In this document: positions 33,949 to 37,127 of the stretch, in pieces
Layout: every line of letters starts with the position of its first letter
Position numbering within the stretch: position 1 is the first letter of the stretch
From: a virus
Lineage: Duplodnaviria > Caudoviricetes
IMG/VR virus record: IMGVR_UViG_3300012942_000087
Span: 1 to 37,127 of that record
Reading direction: 5' to 3' (one strand)
DNA length: 37,127 nt
Notes under the pieces: model-generated
The model's database searches: none
Seen by the model: the letters and a program-made list of their open reading frames with translations, nothing else
Told to the model about the DNA's origin: nothing
Position numbers and translations under genes: made by a program

Positions 33949-34040
33949 GAGGCAAGCTCAAGGTTGAGCCCCGCCCGAGTAGCCACGGCTAGTCACCCTG
34001 GCGAAACGGCGGCGGGTTGGTTCGATTCCAACTGTCTCGC
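33949..34040 (+). ncRNA. tRNA-like RNA with an enlarged, structured anticodon loop
   Basis: GAGGCA/TGTCTC acceptor, GCTC-AAGGTT-GAGC D arm, CCGCC/GGCGG stem enclosing 32 nt, GTTGG-TTCGATT-CCAAC T arm. Confidence 0.6.
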
Positions 34041-34042
34041 TG

Positions 34043-34125
34043 CGGAGGACTGCTGTCCACTTGCGGTTATCGCCGCAAGGAAGCGGGTTGGATTCCCGCC
34101 TGCTATTGCTGCACAGACTCCTCCG
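34043..34125 (+). ncRNA. Structured RNA with a T-arm-like hairpin
   Basis: CGGAGGA/TCCTCCG closing stem, CTTGCGG/CCGCAAG hairpin, GCGGG-TTGGATT-CCCGC. Confidence 0.4.
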
Positions 34126-34270
34126 GGATTTCTGGGCCTTTTCTAGGGGCGTTCCGTAGGCTACCGGCCGGAAGCCTGCCCAAATGCAGTGCGCCGGAAA
34201 CGGTTCACATCCCGGACGACGGCGGAACCCGTCCGGGCAATCCACCCATTCCCTGGTGGTCTGGGTTTTC

Positions 34271-34349
34271 GGCGTAGGCGCTGGGACGCAAAGCGGTCTG
34301 TAAAACCGCTGTACCTGAGACTAGACGGGTTCGATTCCCGGATACGTCA
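34271..34349 (+). tRNA. Atypical or degenerate tRNA-Tyr(GTA)
   Basis: GCGGT-CTGTAAA-ACCGC anticodon arm, long variable region, CGGG-TTCGATT-CCCG; 6-bp acceptor and reduced D arm. Confidence 0.55.
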
Positions 34350-34353
34350 CTTC

Positions 34354-34430
34354 GGCCGCTTAGCCCAATTGGCAGAGGCGTCAGACTTAGGATCTGAAGG
34401 TTGGGGGTTCGAATCCCTCAGCGGCTACCA
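34354..34430 (+). tRNA. tRNA-Leu(TAG) with short variable loop and encoded CCA
   Basis: GGCCGCT/AGCGGCT acceptor, TCAGA-CTTAGGA-TCTGA, GGGGG-TTCGAAT-CCCTC, ACCA end. Confidence 0.9.
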
Positions 34431-34436
34431 CACTCG

Positions 34437-34460
34437 GCAACTCCCCACGTGAGGAGTTGC
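34437..34460. promoter_or_regulatory. 24-bp palindrome copy 10 (GAGG variant), followed by CTTTTT
   Basis: 6 bp after the tRNA-Leu CCA. Confidence 0.85.
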
Positions 34461-34485
34461 CTTTTTCATGCCCGGAGGGTGGCAC

Positions 34486-34986
34486 ATGACGTTCAAGACG
34501 TACCCGCTGCCGGGAGACTTCGGGCTAGTCCGCATAAGCGGCCTTACTGGCGAGCTGGTGAGCGCCGGACAGCGGATCATCGGCTCCGGTAGCTATTACA
34601 CGCACGCTTTCGTCGTCGTGGGCTCTGGGAAGACCGTGGTACAGGCTCAGCCGGGCGGAGCCAAGCTGATGGACCTAGACGACGCACTAGGCGGTCGCAA
34701 GGCCGTGTATAGCGCCTACGCGCTCACGGAGGAGCAGCGAATCGCCATCCGGCGCGCTGCCGTCTCGCTGATCGGCACTCCGTACAGCTTTCTGGACTAC
34801 GCGGCTATCGGTGCACGTCGCTTGCTCGGCACGAAGGGCCTTGAGAGCTACGTCGGCAGCACCGGCCACATGATCTGTTCCCAGCTTGTTGACGAAGCCT
34901 ACCGGCGCGCTGGAATCGAGCTATTCCCGGGTCGGATTGCTGGGGACGTTGCGCCGGGCGATTTGGCGCGTCTGATCGGAGCTTGA
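34486..34986 (+). CDS. Permuted NlpC/P60 (YiiX/YebB-like) cysteine hydrolase
   Basis: PGD.., YTHAFVV (His first), GTPYS, MICSQLV..AY (Cys second). Confidence 0.75.
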   Translation: MTFKTYPLPGDFGLVRISGLTGELVSAGQRIIGSGSYYTHAFVVVGSGKTVVQAQPGGAKLMDLDDALGGRKAVYSAYALTEEQRIAIRRAAVSLIGTPYSFLDYAAIGARRLLGTKGLESYVGSTGHMICSQLVDEAYRRAGIELFPGRIAGDVAPGDLARLIGA

Positions 34987-34989
34987 CCC

Positions 34990-35271
34990 ATGGCTATCTG
35001 TTCCCTGTATTCCGGCTGTACGAATACGGCCGTTCTGGTCTGGAAGCGCCGAATGACGGCGGATGAGCTAGCAGCAGCGCAGGCACAGCAGCCCGACAGC
35101 AGCGTCACGGAGGCCAACTCCTATACGCCGCTGTACGGCTGTTCTGAGCACCTTCTGACTGCCGACCTAGCGGCACAGATGCACGCCAGTACGTGTACGT
35201 CTCCGAACCTGGCGAACCTGCCTAGCTGTGACTGCCGGCCTGAGGTAACGCCTTCGGTGGCTGAGCAGTAA
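34990..35271 (+). CDS. Small Cys/His-rich hypothetical protein
   Basis: Tightly packed; C..C, C..H, H..C, CDC.PE; TAATG overlap with the HNH gene. Confidence 0.6.
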   Translation: MAICSLYSGCTNTAVLVWKRRMTADELAAAQAQQPDSSVTEANSYTPLYGCSEHLLTADLAAQMHASTCTSPNLANLPSCDCRPEVTPSVAEQ

Positions 35272-35594
35272 TGCCGCAGCGTCCGTGTATCCGCTGCAAG
35301 CGGCTCACCCGCAACGGCACCCGCTGTGAGGCATGTGCCGCTGTGTGGTCCGCTACCCGTGGCAGCTCTACAGCCCGTGGCTACGGCTCTAGGTGGCGCG
35401 CTATACGGCAGGCCGTACTAGACCGCCATATCGCGCTGTACGGCCCTGTGTGCCCCGGCTACGGCCGTCCTAGCCATGAGTCTGATGACTTGACGGTCGA
35501 CCACGTGGTGCCTAAGGCGCGTGGTGGTGGTGATCACCCATCCAACCTAGCTGTCCTATGCCGAGGCTGTAACAGCAGCAAGGGCAGTGCATAG
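35271..35594 (+). CDS. Terminase-associated HNH endonuclease (HK97 gp74-like)
   Basis: RGYG..W...R, TVDHVVP...GG....NL..LC..CN..K; upstream of cos/terS. Confidence 0.88.
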   Translation: MPQRPCIRCKRLTRNGTRCEACAAVWSATRGSSTARGYGSRWRAIRQAVLDRHIALYGPVCPGYGRPSHESDDLTVDHVVPKARGGGDHPSNLAVLCRGCNSSKGSA

Positions 35595-35696
35595 CTCAGT
35601 GCATATATGCAGTGGCTGAGCCGCATATCTGACAGTACATCAGGTAGCACAGTGACACAGAGTGAATCTGATGGCTACTCAGAAACAGTGACAAGG

Positions 35697-35779
35697 CTCT
35701 GACCTGCGGTTTTTCCAAATCAGCTGACACACCATCAGGTATGGCTAGCAGTGCTAGAACACAAAACCGCAGGTCAGAG
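35697..35779. repeat. 17-bp perfect inverted repeat (CTCTGACCTGCGGTTTT) with 49-bp spacer
   Basis: 35697..35713 and 35763..35779. Confidence 0.85.
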
Positions 35780-35833
35780 GCTGTTTATGCAGTCACGGGG
35801 GGTAGTCGAAAGTCTAGCAGCATGATCAAAAAA

Positions 35834-35852
35834 GACCCCCGCCCCTGGGGTC
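35834..35852. other. Candidate cos site
   Basis: GACCCC-CGCCCCT-GGGGTC dyad in the HNH-terS gap, where HK97-like phages place cos. Confidence 0.45.
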
Positions 35853-35947
35853 AGACATCGCTGCGAAATTCAGACCCCGATTTTCCTTGATCATTTCGCC
35901 GGGACGTTCGGCAGGATGCATAACCATGCACGGAGGGTGGTGCGACC

Positions 35948-36427
35948 ATGCCTAGCGTTGGCCGTCCGCCGAAGCCGACCGAGCAAAAGCGCCGGCTGGG
36001 CAATCCGGGACAGCGGAAGCTGCCCGCGAAAGACGACGTTGCCGCTCTAGTGCCGCTGGGTGCCTCTGTGCCGCCGGATCTCGGCCCTGAGGGTGCCCGA
36101 CTATGGGAGAGCGTCACGCAAGCCGCTAGCGCGTGGCTAGCGCCTTCTGACTCGCCGACGCTCCGCATGCTGTGCGAGCTGTATGACCGGCGCGAGATGT
36201 TCAAAGAGCACCTTGACCAGAACGGCCCGTTGATCATGCGTCCGGCCGATGGTCACATGGTCGCTAATCCCGTCGTTCAGATGCTGGCGACGGTCGAGAA
36301 GCAGATCACGGACATTGCCGCCTCGCTCGGCCTTACCCCCGCTGACCGTACGCGGATGGGATTGGCGGAGGTCAAGGCGCAGAACGCTTTCGAAGAGATG
36401 TTGTCCCGCCGCCAGAACAGGGGGTAA
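35948..36427 (+). CDS. terS: Terminase small subunit (P27 family)
   Basis: GRPPKPT..KR..GNPG.R.L, NP.V, LGLTPADR.R. Confidence 0.92.
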   Translation: MPSVGRPPKPTEQKRRLGNPGQRKLPAKDDVAALVPLGASVPPDLGPEGARLWESVTQAASAWLAPSDSPTLRMLCELYDRREMFKEHLDQNGPLIMRPADGHMVANPVVQMLATVEKQITDIAASLGLTPADRTRMGLAEVKAQNAFEEMLSRRQNRG

Positions 36428-36429
36428 GC

Positions 36430-37127
36430 GTGGGTAAGCCGTACATCCTCACCCACGTTGACCCTGCCGACGTTCAGCGGGGCGACGGAGAGCGTTTCCT
36501 AGAGTTCACGCAATTCATGCGGATCACCAAGGATTCCGTGGGTGGCTCGGCTGGCGAACTGCTGGTCATGCGCGGGTGGCAGAGCGAGGCAATCGGCCGG
36601 ATCTTCGCCCGTAGGCCGGATGGCAGACTGAAACACCGACAGGCGCTGTGGCTACTGCCCCGAAAGAACGGGAAGTCAGCCCTAGGCGCCGGTATCGCGC
36701 TGTATGGGCTGTTCGACGGACCCAGCGGCGGAGAGGTCTACTCCTGCGCTGCCGACAAGGAACAGGCGCGGATCGTCTTCGGTACAGCGAAAAAGATGAT
36801 CGAAATGGAGCCCCGTTTCACGGGATACTTCAAAACCTACCGGGATGCGATCGAATTCCTGCCGACCGGCAGCGTTTACCGCGTGCTGTCTAGCGAGGCG
36901 TTTACCAAAGAGGGCCTAAGTCCTCACCTAGTGGTTTTTGACGAGGTGCACGCACAGCCGAACCGTGAGCTATGGGAAGTTATGTCCCTAGCAACCGGCG
37001 CACGGCGCGAACCGCTCATGCTGGGCATCTCTACCGCTGGCGTGAAGACGGACAGCACGGGTGGCGACTCGCTGTGCTACACGCTGCACCAGTACGGACA
37101 GCGGGTGGCCTCCGGCGAGGTGACCGA
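36430..37127 (+). CDS. terL: Terminase large subunit, N-terminal ATPase part (runs off the end; not in the track)
   Basis: GTG 36430 in frame with the ATG at 37018 (= position 14); PRKNGKS Walker A, VVFDEVH Walker B; joined protein about 503 aa. Confidence 0.93.
   Translation, partial: MGKPYILTHVDPADVQRGDGERFLEFTQFMRITKDSVGGSAGELLVMRGWQSEAIGRIFARRPDGRLKHRQALWLLPRKNGKSALGAGIALYGLFDGPSGGEVYSCAADKEQARIVFGTAKKMIEMEPRFTGYFKTYRDAIEFLPTGSVYRVLSSEAFTKEGLSPHLVVFDEVHAQPNRELWEVMSLATGARREPLMLGISTAGVKTDSTGGDSLCYTLHQYGQRVASGEVT
37005..37127. repeat. Direct end overlap, identical to 1..123
   Basis: Exact match. Confidence 0.95.

Larger units (their letters stand above)
1..37127 (+). mobile_element. Complete circular actinophage genome, phiC31/phiBT1-like organisation (37,004 bp unique)
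   Basis: Full set of packaging, head, tail, lysis, repressor-like, replication and integrase-remnant modules, all on +; the ends overlap by 123 bp inside terL. Confidence 0.93.

Noticed and set aside
33949-34125. Identification of the tRNA-like units as Y RNA (YrlA) or tmRNA
   Set aside because: Arm order is D-anticodon-T, not the YrlA permutation; no Ro60 gene; too short and no tag ORF for tmRNA; a covariance search is still needed
954-34460. 24-bp palindromes as CRISPR repeats
   Set aside because: Copies are kilobases apart with no repeat-spacer periodicity and no cas operon; the Cas4-like fold at 18346 is a common phage nuclease
33958-34592. Short ORFs over the tRNA region (33964..34146, 34017..34277, 34189..34452, 34401..34592)
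   Set aside because: They overlap tRNA or structured RNA and show no protein-like motifs
37005-37127. 123-bp terminal direct repeat as a biological DTR or att duplication
   Set aside because: It falls inside terL and collapses into one continuous frame; typical circular assembly overlap

Overview
Apparently complete, circularly assembled genome (37,004 bp unique plus a 123-bp end overlap) of a siphovirus of high-GC Actinobacteria, most likely Streptomyces, organised like phiC31/phiBT1. All credible genes are on the + strand. Late genes: TerL (split across the ends), HK97-type portal, protease and capsid, neck, tail tube, chaperones, tape measure, two minor tail proteins, GH25 lysin and holin-like genes. 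A dNMP kinase and a probable repressor follow. The early region has a PD-(D/E)XK nuclease, RNA ligase, phiC31 gp3-like RDF, HNH, primase-helicase, Pol A, sigma-like factor, ThyX and dCMP deaminase. Then come a serine integrase lacking its catalytic half, a tRNA/structured-RNA cluster, a permuted NlpC/P60 gene, HNH, the cos region and TerS. The non-coding layer is the most striking part: (1) ten dispersed copies of a 24-bp palindrome GCAACTCCYCACGTGRGGAGTTGC, often right after terminators; (2) six copies of a 19-bp phage-promoter-like motif CGGGTKAGYSRGGKCCGTA; (3) two ~94-bp nested inverted-repeat elements with a compensatory change, each just upstream of the promoter motif heading the early or late operon; (4) a tRNA-like RNA with a ~32-nt structured insert in place of the anticodon loop, among other atypical tRNA-like units; (5) CTA-rich coding together with a tRNA-Leu(UAG). 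All calls come from reading by eye; no searches were run.
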